A stretch of DNA of 64,000 bases from Promethearchaeota archaeon (lineage in GTDB: Archaea; Asgardarchaeota; Lokiarchaeia; Sigyniarchaeales; SOKP01). The notes under the pieces are model-generated. The model saw only the letters and a program-made list of their open reading frames with translations. It did no database searches and had not been told where the DNA came from. Each line of letters starts with the position of its first letter. Within the stretch, counting starts at the first letter, position 1. The stretch spans positions 123,486-187,485 of the forward strand of contig JAHLWS010000065.1 of assembly GCA_019057795.1 (NCBI GenBank). The letters run 5' to 3'. A program made the translations under genes and the position numbers. Shown here in pieces: positions 1 through 8,820 of the stretch.

Positions 1-840
1 TGAAATTGTTTTGAAGTCTTGTATTGGATTATCATCAAATGCAAACTTCATTATCTTATCAATTCCAAAATTTTGAATATCTATAATAATTTCAAGATTT
101 TGATTACAATTGACATTAATTAAAATTCGTGTTACTTCCTTTTTGTTTTTGAAAAAAATAAAATCTGTAATTTTTATAATATTTCTTTCAAGATAGGAAA
201 CACCTAATGATTGTAATAAAACTTTATGTGTTTTAATTAAATCTAATGCTGATATAATTGCCCCTGTGAATTTATTTCGAGGTCGAAAGGAAGAATTATA
301 AATATGTGAACAAATCTCTTGTAAAGCATTTATACATTGAATTTTTGTGTCTTTTTCTTTAACTAATTTTTGAGCTTCAAATTTATCTTTTCTTATAGGG
401 TTTAAATAATTAGAAGGTGTGATATTCTCGTTTTTATTTATAAATTGAACTTCATTTAATATTTCTTCAGCAATTTCAATATATTGTTGCGCATATTCTT
501 TATTAAAATGGTGGCTTATGGAAGATTGACCGTGCTGGTAAATATTTCTTTGGTTATGCAAAGCTTCTAATCTTTTAAAATCAGGGATATTAGGGGATTT
601 AGATTTTAATACTTTATTATACAGATCATAAAATGAATAAGTTATACTCCTACTACTTTTATTTTTTCTTGTAAAATTTAATCCATTTTCTATAGCGATA
701 ATGATACAAATTTTAGATATTAAATTATCAGTTAAGTAATGTCCAAGCTCATAAAATTGTGGATTATCGGAATTACATAATTCTTTAGCAAAACTAAACA
801 TTTTCTTAATTATATTTCTCTCTATCTTTTTGTTCGGCAT
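1..840 (-). CDS. HEPN-domain protein, partial (runs off window start; not in ORF track)
   Basis: Manual translation from ATG at 840 (MPNKKIERNIIKKMFSFAKELC...) is open for 280 codons to position 1. It contains LEALHNQRNIYQHG, an Rx4H motif in helical context, followed by ...AQQYIEIAEEIL. Confidence 0.7.
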   Translation of the reverse strand, partial: MPNKKIERNIIKKMFSFAKELCNSDNPQFYELGHYLTDNLISKICIIIAIENGLNFTRKNKSSRSITYSFYDLYNKVLKSKSPNIPDFKRLEALHNQRNIYQHGQSSISHHFNKEYAQQYIEIAEEILNEVQFINKNENITPSNYLNPIRKDKFEAQKLVKEKDTKIQCINALQEICSHIYNSSFRPRNKFTGAIISALDLIKTHKVLLQSLGVSYLERNIIKITDFIFFKNKKEVTRILINVNCNQNLEIIIDIQNFGIDKIMKFAFDDNPIQDFKTIS

Positions 841-924
841 TTTAATTTTATTCAGACAATATAATTTTATAGGATTTTATTCAAATATTTTTATAATCCG
901 ATTATTGTTGAATTATTATATTAT

Positions 925-1260
925 TTATTTAGTGACTTCAATTCCAAATTCTTCTAAATTAAACATTTTTTTATACCTTAAACCTCCCCCTTTAACAGAA
1001 ATCGGTTCTACAATATTAGATTTTGCCCAATCATTCCAATATTTAACTACTGTTGAATGACCTACAGAAACCTTCTCTGCTATTTTTCTGCTACTATTTT
1101 TACCATCACTATCATGATATATTGATTGTTTTATATCATTATTTAATACACTAAGTAATACTTCTTTTGCTTTACTCCAAGCTTGAAATTTAGTCCATTT
1201 TACAAGTTCTTGTAATAATTTTATAATTTGGTCATCTTGTCCTTTATTCATACTTTTCAC
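925..1260 (-). CDS. helix-turn-helix DNA-binding protein
   Basis: SSRKIAEKVSVGHSTVVKYW is an HTH pattern; overlaps the end of the upstream nuclease gene. Confidence 0.65.
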   Translation of the reverse strand: MKSMNKGQDDQIIKLLQELVKWTKFQAWSKAKEVLLSVLNNDIKQSIYHDSDGKNSSRKIAEKVSVGHSTVVKYWNDWAKSNIVEPISVKGGGLRYKKMFNLEEFGIEVTK

Positions 1261-1765
1261 CTTTAATTATTTTTGCAATAGCATCGTTTTTGTTTAATTT
1301 GTTTTGTAATACTTCTTTAATTAAGTTAAATAGAAATTTAGTAGTAAAAAACGTAAACCCATAATAATTTAGAAATTTTTTAGCGTTAGGTGTTAATGGA
1401 TCATCTCTTTCATCAGGATTTTTATTCCTATAATGATTTATTACAAAAATTCCTTTTAATTCATTAGCTTTAGATGTTATCACCAGTTCTTGTTGAATCC
1501 AACTATCTAATTGGATTATATCTTCTTTTTTGCCTTGTTTTGTTAGTCCTTTAACTTCTAAAATATATTTTATTCCTTCATGAATAAAAGAAATATCATG
1601 ATTATTACTATCGTTTACAAGAACAACATCTTCTAAATTTAATAATTTCAAGCAATATGTAACTGCTTCTTCAAGTGGTTTACCTGTTCCATATAATAGA
1701 CTTTCAATAATTTCAAAATGATTTATATTTTCTTTCAATTTTTTAATTTTTTTTATCGTTTCCAT
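1244..1765 (-). CDS. PD-(D/E)XK restriction-endonuclease-like protein (possibly N-terminally truncated)
   Basis: LEEAV...HDISF...ILEVKG...IIQL matches the E..D..ExK..Q pattern of Mrr-like nucleases. Confidence 0.65.
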   Translation of the reverse strand: METIKKIKKLKENINHFEIIESLLYGTGKPLEEAVTYCLKLLNLEDVVLVNDSNNHDISFIHEGIKYILEVKGLTKQGKKEDIIQLDSWIQQELVITSKANELKGIFVINHYRNKNPDERDDPLTPNAKKFLNYYGFTFFTTKFLFNLIKEVLQNKLNKNDAIAKIIKGEKYE

Positions 1766-1887
1766 ATCTATTATTATAACTGTTATAGTTAATATAACAC
1801 ATAAGCGCAGTTAAATAAACTAAGAGTCCTATAATTTTTCGTATAACAGAAAAAGATATATATACTATAATTGTTTCTATTACTATT

Positions 1888-2040
1888 ATGGAAAGTAAAA
1901 AAATTACGACTTTAATAAAAAGTCCTACTAAGAAAGGAGATCAGTATTATTTCAGTATACCTATAGAATTTATTCGTTCAAAAAAAATTGACCCTGAGAA
2001 AAACTACGAAATTCAAATTTTCTCTTTATCTCAGGACTAA
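1888..2040 (+). CDS. small AbrB/MazE-like swapped-hairpin DNA-binding protein (50 aa, not in ORF track)
   Basis: MESKKITTLIKSPTKKGDQYYFSIPIEFIRSKKIDPEKNYEIQIFSLSQD; the KxGxxxxxxIPxxx pattern is typical of the AbrB fold. Confidence 0.55.
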   Translation: MESKKITTLIKSPTKKGDQYYFSIPIEFIRSKKIDPEKNYEIQIFSLSQD

Positions 2041-2155
2041 AGTTTTTAGTAATTTATTAAAGATATGTGTAGTAAAGAGTTAAAAATTTATAAACATAAA
2101 TTTCAATATTTAGTATAAGAATAAAAATCGAAAAGAATTTATTACTTTTAATAAA

Positions 2156-3307
2156 ATGAAACTGAATAAATTAAAATTGTATGGCAATATTGGTAAATTC
2201 TTCCCTTATTTAATGATTCTTTATTTTACAGTTAGCTACTTATTCTTTTTTGAAAGCATAATCAATTTATTTCTTTTAATTTCATTCTTAGCTGTATTTA
2301 TATTTTCTATTATTCAGTATGTAAAATTATATAAAAAAAACACTAAAGAAATTAAAACAGAACTTGAAAATGAAATTAAAAACATGAAAATAAATTCTAC
2401 TTTATTCACACCTGAATTTCTCATATCATATGCGAGAAAAATACCCTTTACATCTAAAAGGAGTATGGATAGGATTAAGATTCTTATCGCTCATTTATTT
2501 AAACAAAAAGAACTTGAAAGAGAAAAGTTGGTTAGTGCTTTCCAAGGTAAATTTTTTGAGAAAATAAAAGAATCTTTACAGATTTTACTCTATTTTATAA
2601 ATATAGAAGAATATGAATTAAATAAATATTTATCTATTAAGAGAAAAAAGCACTTCTTATTCTGGTCAATTTCTCAAGTCATAGTATTAAGTTTAATATT
2701 AATTTTTGGATTTTTAATTGCATTTATTGAACTTCCTCAATTTTTTATTTTCTTTCTCTTTCTAATAATTCTCCTTCTTTTTGTGATTTTTAGAGATATT
2801 AAATTGGTTGTTAATAAGAAGTTCCAAAATGGTCTTAATAGATACCACAAAAATAAGAAAATATTTAGTGAATATCAAATATCACTTAATTTGCTATGCA
2901 ATAATCATTATTTTCTTTCTTTAGAACAATATAAGGATGTCAAATCATTATTGAATTTAACAAATTTAAAAATTAATTACTATAAGGAGATAATAAAACC
3001 ATATTATTTTTATATGTTGAAATATGAAATTATTGGTTTTTTTGGAATTCTCTGTGTAATCATTAGTGCTATTTTTCAAGAGATATCCCATCAAATTTCA
3101 ATAACTTTATTTAATTTTAATATTATAACTATAATCCTCTTTTTAGTCTTTATTTGCGGTTTTATCATAATCCCAATTATACTATTTAGAAAACCTCTCA
3201 AAATTAATATTTTAATTGATGAAAGAGGTAAGAAGCTTAAAGAAAACTTAGAACTTCTTAAAGTATGCCAATATGCATTTATAATAATCAATAAAAATCA
3301 AAATTAG
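2156..3307 (+). CDS. hypothetical multi-pass membrane protein
   Basis: 383-aa ORF with three pairs of hydrophobic helices separated by Lys-rich soluble segments. Confidence 0.65.
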   Translation: MKLNKLKLYGNIGKFFPYLMILYFTVSYLFFFESIINLFLLISFLAVFIFSIIQYVKLYKKNTKEIKTELENEIKNMKINSTLFTPEFLISYARKIPFTSKRSMDRIKILIAHLFKQKELEREKLVSAFQGKFFEKIKESLQILLYFINIEEYELNKYLSIKRKKHFLFWSISQVIVLSLILIFGFLIAFIELPQFFIFFLFLIILLLFVIFRDIKLVVNKKFQNGLNRYHKNKKIFSEYQISLNLLCNNHYFLSLEQYKDVKSLLNLTNLKINYYKEIIKPYYFYMLKYEIIGFFGILCVIISAIFQEISHQISITLFNFNIITIILFLVFICGFIIIPIILFRKPLKINILIDERGKKLKENLELLKVCQYAFIIINKNQN

Positions 3308-3478
3308 TAGAATAGTTTTTCTAAATTGCTTAGGTTTCATAAGATTAGTTCTTTTTAAATAAAGTAACAATGAAAAATATTTATAAATTTAATTCGGTTC
3401 TAATTACGTTAAATTATTCAATCTTAAAAATCATGATTCTATACCATCTGATGTTTATAAAAATTAAAACAGGATACT

Positions 3479-3736
3479 GCTTCGCAACCATCCTTAGATG
3501 ATCGGGGTTGATGGGGGGTTTATCCCCCCCTAAATTACGATACTTCCGCGTTCAAAAAAAATATGGCTTAAAAGCTTCGAGACCAAAAACATCCCGTTAA
3601 AAAGTAGATAGTAGATACATGTAAGTTAAAAGATTCGGAGCGACCCGTTAGCCCTTGATGGTTGCGAAGCGAAGCGAAGCAAGGTCGCGACAGCGGAGCG
3701 TAAGCGACGCTAAATACTATTTTTTTCGTGCGGAAA
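3479..3736. repeat. GC-rich structured non-coding element (candidate origin or ssDNA structure)
   Basis: Perfect 14-bp inverted repeat gcttcgcaaccatc (3479-3492) / gatggttgcgaagc (3657-3670), G6-TTTAT-C7 hairpin (3513-3530), and overlapping GCGAAGC units. Confidence 0.65.
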
Positions 3737-3993
3737 AAGGAAAGAAAAAAAAATACGCCCTTTATATTCTGAATTTCTAAAGGAACAACCGTTGATGAAA
3801 GCTGTTAAACAAAAATGTAATTTGTATCGTTATTTTTAGTACTTTGTTTAACGCGTTTTAAATAAAGATCAATATTATTAAAACCATAATAAATTCTCTT
3901 ATAAATATTATAGTCTATACATTATTTGTAAACATTGATGTTTAACACCAATATTATAATAAATATTTACTATAAGAGGAAAAAAAATTTATA

Positions 3994-4314
3994 ATGGATC
4001 AAAAGTACTATATAGATTTAAAAGATAAGAATGGAAATTCATACATGTTAAGTATTTTAATCGAACGGGATTTAGGAAAAAACGGAATTTTTATTATGGA
4101 ACACGCTAACGGTACTCAAAAATCGTTTAAAAAAATTACAAGGGCGTTGAAATATCTAAAAAAAAAGAAATTTTCTCCCGATGAAATTAAAAGAGTAATA
4201 GATTTAAACCAGAAAATCATGAGACTTAGAGATTCCGAAAAACGCAGGTTTATCTCACCTCCTTTTGGTTTTGAATATTCTAAAGAAATTAATAAAAAGT
4301 ATTCAAAGAAATAA
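3994..4314 (+). CDS. hypothetical basic protein
   Basis: 106-aa ORF with ATG start, co-oriented with the downstream RHH gene. Confidence 0.6.
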   Translation: MDQKYYIDLKDKNGNSYMLSILIERDLGKNGIFIMEHANGTQKSFKKITRALKYLKKKKFSPDEIKRVIDLNQKIMRLRDSEKRRFISPPFGFEYSKEINKKYSKK

Positions 4315-4345
4315 AACAATAAAAATTGGAAATATATGAATTATA

Positions 4346-4672
4346 ATGTCGCAAAAAAAAGACAAAATTATAGGGATAAGATTAACAAATACGGAAAAAG
4401 AAGAAATTGATAACTACACCAAAAATAGAGGTTCTAACCTTACAGAATTTATTAGACAAGCGATAGCTTTTTATCTAAACAATTTAGAAGAAAATCCTGA
4501 ATCAATTAATATAGAAAATGTAGTTGAATATTCTAAAAAAATAAGGACATCGATAAAAAATGTTAACATTAACTTTAACCAATTAAAATTAGCTCTAAAT
4601 GAGCTTTCAAATAACTTCAATCAATTGGATAAAGAATTGGTAATTTATTTAAGAAAATGGTATAAAAAGTAG
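4346..4672 (+). CDS. ribbon-helix-helix protein (CopG/MobC-like) with coiled-coil tail
   Basis: KDKIIGIRLTNTEKEEIDNYTKNRGSNLTEFIRQAI is an RHH signature. Confidence 0.7.
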   Translation: MSQKKDKIIGIRLTNTEKEEIDNYTKNRGSNLTEFIRQAIAFYLNNLEENPESINIENVVEYSKKIRTSIKNVNINFNQLKLALNELSNNFNQLDKELVIYLRKWYKK

Positions 4673-4697
4673 TCTAGCTAATAAAGTCGAATTTTAA

Positions 4698-4799
4698 GAG
4701 TAGCGACGGTTGTGAAATGATGTTTATGAATGAAACAACCGAGCAACCTCTGAAAATGAGCGGGAAGGTTCGCGAAGGAAACCGAAGGGGTTTCCTTGC
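4698..4799. repeat. GC-rich hairpin cluster between convergent genes
   Basis: Inverted repeats cggttgt/acaaccg (4707-4713/4735-4741) and aaggaaacc/ggtttcctt (4775-4783/4789-4797). Confidence 0.6.
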
Positions 4800-4815
4800 A
4801 AGAGTAAACGGGTAA

Positions 4816-5394
4816 CTATTTTACATCTCTTTTCTTTAAAGGAAATCCGCTCTCAATGTCTCGTAGAAACGAGTTATATCTTGACCGTCCCCAAAGATAT
4901 CTATCCTTACTTCTTAAATCTTTGAATTCTTTCTCTAATTTTAACGCCTTAAATGCTTCTATAAATTCTAAATATCTTTCTGCTTTTCTTTCTGATTTTT
5001 CATAATCTAAATTTTCAAATCTTTCTAATTCTTCGTGTTCTACAACTCTAAAATCGTATACCGTGAATCTTTTAGGATATAGCACTGTTAATATGGCAGA
5101 AGCAGTAGCTATCCGAAATTCCCAATCAAATAGAATTTTAATTCTTTCTAAATCGGATTTAGCCCTATGTATTTCGCGAGTTAATATTTTAACGTTCTCG
5201 TCAAATGTTTTAGATTCTTCTTTTTTTATTATTTTTCGAGCGTTTAAAAATTTTACTCTTTCAGCCTTCCAAATTAAAATACAATAAAATTGAACTCCAC
5301 TGATATAACCGTTTAATTGAAAAAATTCCGTAACATCCTTATATAAATAACTTTCCAAATCGTAAAATTTCTCGTAATCTATATCCTCGCTCAT
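4816..5394 (-). CDS. HhH-GPD/DNA-glycosylase-like fold protein
   Basis: ILIWKA...FRIATASAILTVLYPKRFTVYDFRV resembles an HhH motif followed by the conserved Asp of the glycosylase superfamily. Confidence 0.5.
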   Translation of the reverse strand: MSEDIDYEKFYDLESYLYKDVTEFFQLNGYISGVQFYCILIWKAERVKFLNARKIIKKEESKTFDENVKILTREIHRAKSDLERIKILFDWEFRIATASAILTVLYPKRFTVYDFRVVEHEELERFENLDYEKSERKAERYLEFIEAFKALKLEKEFKDLRSKDRYLWGRSRYNSFLRDIESGFPLKKRDVK

Positions 5395-5495
5395 TTTGGT
5401 TTTTACCTCTTTTTGTATTTTTATCCCAAATCATTTCTCGTTTATAAATATAAGATCTATTAATTTAAAAAAGAGTTTTAAAAAAAATAAACGAA

Positions 5496-5837
5496 TTACT
5501 TCTCTCTCTTTAATTTGTCCTCAGAAAAATCTCTAAAATCCCGAAATTGATAACCGCTTTCGACGGATATTTTACGCTCGTCTTCCAAACTCTTAGCTCC
5601 TCCTTCCCTCTTGAGCAAGCCCTTTACAAAAGCTTCCACGGCAACTTTATACTCGCCAACTCTGCTCTTAGGTACTTGAAAAAACAAAAAAGCCGAACCC
5701 TCCCCCAAAGTTAACTCTATTGCGAACTTACCCTCAACGAATTCCCGAACAGCCTCTCGATACTCCAATATCTTGCTCGTAGGAACCCTCACGCTCACCC
5801 AACCCGATGCTTCCCCAAACTTACGCTTTCTACCCAA
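5496..5837 (-). CDS. hypothetical protein with internal duplication (tandem RHH-like)
   Basis: VSVRVPTSKILEYREAVREFVEG and LFFQVPKSRVGEYKVAVEAFVKG are imperfect repeats of each other. Confidence 0.55.
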   Translation of the reverse strand: MGRKRKFGEASGWVSVRVPTSKILEYREAVREFVEGKFAIELTLGEGSAFLFFQVPKSRVGEYKVAVEAFVKGLLKREGGAKSLEDERKISVESGYQFRDFRDFSEDKLKREK

Positions 5838-5933
5838 GAATACAAACCAAAACTAGTTTAAACTTTCTTAAATTATAAGTTAGAGGCAACGATTTTAAAC
5901 CGCTAGAATTTTAAAAGAAAAACTTTCGAAAAT

Positions 5934-5995
5934 TTCGCGACTCGAATTTACGCGTTCCGAGACTCGAAATAACCCCCCTACTTTTCCGCGACTCG
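5934..5995 (+). repeat. three short direct repeats tt(c)cg(c/a)gactcg
   Basis: Copies at about 5934-5944, 5955-5966 and 5984-5995, around a C6 tract. Confidence 0.6.
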
Positions 5996-6020
5996 TAAAA
6001 ACCATATGTATCTTGATATA

Positions 6021-6293
6021 TTATACGAAAGTACTAAAAAAACTAAAAAATTCTCTTTCCGGACTAATCCAATATCTATCTCCGCCAATATCCCTTCTTC
6101 TTGTTTTAAATACTTCTTTTATATCTGGATTAATCCACAGCAAACTATAACAATCGTTCTTTGGATACAGCCCTAAAAGGCGCCCTCCATACTCAGAAAC
6201 TACCGCAGAACTTTCGTTGTTAAAATTTAATTCGATAGGATTACCAATATCTTCCTTGAAAGATAAAAGAGTATTTTTGGTAAAGTAGTTCAT
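6021..6293 (-). pseudogene. C-terminally truncated gene (DUF6786/mutarotase-like N-terminus)
   Basis: EYGGRLLG...LLWIN...GGDRYWISPE looks like the N-terminus of a larger beta-sandwich family; the frame degenerates to FFSFFSTFV* at about 6045. Confidence 0.55.
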
Positions 6294-6430
6294 AATCTTA
6301 ACTAAAGCAAAATTATTAAAAGATTTTTCTATTTGAGTTGAGATATTTAAGCTTCTACCTTTACTTCTTAATTTGTTTAAATTTTTATGTTCAATAATAA
6401 AAAAAAGGTTTAATTTATGGAAAAAGTGTA

Positions 6431-7072
6431 CTAAGGTACTAGGAATATTGGGATGATCATAGATAAAGCATAACCAAGGATATAAACTAATCCCGCATAT
6501 TTCATATTATTATCATTGTTTTTGAAACCATGAATTATTAGCAAAATAAATCCAATCAAATGTAGCCAGAAAAAAAAGCCTACTATTATGGAAATTGAAG
6601 TAATTGTTAAAACATCAAATGTAGAAAGTACAAACAAAATATAATATAATTCTCCGTTTAATACTATCACATTTATGGAATAATAAATAATCCATAAAAT
6701 ACCTGAAATCATAATATAAGACTTTAATAGTTGCCGATTTTTTAATCCAAATAATAACAACACCACGCCATATGTAATCAATGATGGAACGCTAAATAAT
6801 AATCCCCGAAAAACATTATATACTAAAAATATTTGAGTTTCAGTTCCATTATATGGAGATGTTAATGATAAATCAGGTATTAAAAAGTATAAAACGATAA
6901 AACTTATATTAGTAATACCAAGATAAATTAAATATTTAGAAGCATGGACCTCTGGAGATTGTTTTTTTCCCGATTGAATAAAGAATATATTGTAAATTAT
7001 CGCAATTATTGAGCTAGTTATTGTTATATAGTGTAGCCATGAAAAATCAATAAAATCAAAGACCAAAGTCAT
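6431..7072 (-). CDS. hypothetical multi-pass membrane protein
   Basis: About six hydrophobic helices. Confidence 0.75.
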   Translation of the reverse strand: MTLVFDFIDFSWLHYITITSSIIAIIYNIFFIQSGKKQSPEVHASKYLIYLGITNISFIVLYFLIPDLSLTSPYNGTETQIFLVYNVFRGLLFSVPSLITYGVVLLLFGLKNRQLLKSYIMISGILWIIYYSINVIVLNGELYYILFVLSTFDVLTITSISIIVGFFFWLHLIGFILLIIHGFKNNDNNMKYAGLVYILGYALSMIIPIFLVP

Positions 7073-7323
7073 ATTTTCACCCTCTCTTTTTTTTTTTTAA
7101 TAATTTTTTTAAATTTAATACAACCTATCAACTATAATATTTAAATGTCCCCATGATCTCATAGTTTTAAATAAATTAATCTAAGCACTATTCTATAACA
7201 TTATTTTTAGATTGCCTTTGAATAATGCCTTGTATTTGCGTTAGACTTTATAATTTGTTATAATAAACTTTTTAATAGTATCCTAACATTATTCATTGTT
7301 AATTTTATGATGAGGACTCTAAA

Positions 7324-8304
7324 ATGATTATAAAAGCTACTGATGAGTATATATCCTTGTTAAACCAAGCAGTTGCTCGCGAAATTCAGGTTTCAGCGCA
7401 ATACATGCTACAACACACCAAAATAGAAAAATTAAAGCGAAAAGTTATTAAAGAAAACTATTTATTGGAAAGCACTACTTACGACGAGTTTGGAAAACTA
7501 TTAGAAGAATTAGCGATCCAAGAGATGAAACATCTCGCAGATATCGTGGAAAGAATTTATATTTTAGGTGGAGAGGCAACCACTAAACCTGATAAAATTA
7601 TTATCGGAAACTCCATGAGAGAATTCGCTGAACTAAATGTAAAGGCAGAAGAGGAAGCCTTAGAATTGTATCGTCAGATAATAGAAGCTGCTAAAGTTAT
7701 TGGAGACCGTAAGACATGGGTAATGTTTTCCAAAATATACAGCGACGAAGAGGAACACTTATTGAAGTTTCAAGATTATTCAGAGATGGAAAACGAGCCC
7801 GATTTAGGAGAAACTCCAGAATCCGAATGGAGGGCAATTTTCGGTAATGATTATGTTACACTCTTGAATAAAGCTCTCGCTAGCGAGATATCAGCGGTTG
7901 TTCAATATACAACTCAGCACGAAAAAGCAGAAGGATTAGAACGAATGAGGCGGAAAAAAGCTGCTTTAGAGGTTATTACGGGAAAGAACAAAGCCAGCGT
8001 TGTATCAGACATGCTCAAGAAGATTTTTCGCGAAGAAATGGACCACATGGAAAAGATCGCAGAACGAATCTACGAAATAGATCGAGAAGCTATAGCTACT
8101 GTTGACCCAATACCTAAGGTAGGAAATACGCTCGATGATTTTATAAAACTTGATAGAGAGGCTGAAAACTATGCTATCATTTTATATAGAAAAGTTATCG
8201 ACGAGGCATCTCGACTTGGAGACATAAAAACTAAAAAACTGTTCGAGGATATAATTCAACAAGAAGAAGAACACTATTGGGCATTCGACGATTTCTTGCC
8301 CTAG
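7324..8304 (+). CDS. tandem (two-domain) bacterioferritin-like protein
   Basis: Two repeats, each with E...EMxH...E...EExH ferroxidase ligands (QEMKH/EEEH and EEMDH/EEEH). Confidence 0.9.
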   Translation: MIIKATDEYISLLNQAVAREIQVSAQYMLQHTKIEKLKRKVIKENYLLESTTYDEFGKLLEELAIQEMKHLADIVERIYILGGEATTKPDKIIIGNSMREFAELNVKAEEEALELYRQIIEAAKVIGDRKTWVMFSKIYSDEEEHLLKFQDYSEMENEPDLGETPESEWRAIFGNDYVTLLNKALASEISAVVQYTTQHEKAEGLERMRRKKAALEVITGKNKASVVSDMLKKIFREEMDHMEKIAERIYEIDREAIATVDPIPKVGNTLDDFIKLDREAENYAIILYRKVIDEASRLGDIKTKKLFEDIIQQEEEHYWAFDDFLP

Positions 8305-8401
8305 CTTAACAAAAAAAATTTTTTTTTTTTCAATCTTTTTTAATTTAAAACAAATTAATATATATAGCATTTCGAAATTTTACATTGTAAACAATAATAA
8401 G

Positions 8402-8779
8402 GTGTTAAATGTGCCAAAAGTTATTCATTTTGAAATTAATGCTGATGAAATTTTAAGAGCTAAAAAGTTTTACGAAAATGTGTTTAATTGGAAAATCGAA
8501 AAATGGGAAGGCCCTGTAGAATATTGGACGATTGATGCCGGAGATGACAATGAAAAAGGAATAGAGGGTGGTATACAAAAACGCGAGCAAGCAGAAGATC
8601 AGATTTTTAATTATATTCAAGTGCCTTCTGTTGATGAATTTAGTAAAAAAATTGAGGAGAATGGAGGGACTCTATCTTCACCCAAAATAACAGTGCCCGG
8701 AGTCGGTTATTTCTACATATTTAAGGATACTGAAGGAAATAAGCTAGGGATAATGCAAGAAGACGAGTTAGCAAAATAA
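8402..8779 (+). CDS. VOC/glyoxalase family protein
   Basis: VIHFEI...AKKFYENVFNW...VPGVG...FKDTEGNKLGI. Confidence 0.9.
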   Translation: MLNVPKVIHFEINADEILRAKKFYENVFNWKIEKWEGPVEYWTIDAGDDNEKGIEGGIQKREQAEDQIFNYIQVPSVDEFSKKIEENGGTLSSPKITVPGVGYFYIFKDTEGNKLGIMQEDELAK

Positions 8780-8820
8780 TTCGAAACATTAAAAACTTTA
8801 AAAATCTTAAGATTTAACTT

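Larger units (their letters stand above)
1..6045. mobile_element. putative integrated plasmid/virus or defence island (right end)
   Basis: Gene content (HEPN, nuclease, HTH, AbrB, RHH), structured GC-rich spacers, and a truncated gene at the boundary. No integrase or Rep is visible in the window. Confidence 0.45.

Noticed and set aside
830-1060. 76-aa plus-strand ORF
   Set aside because: TTG start, low-complexity AT-rich translation, and antisense to the better-supported HTH and HEPN genes.
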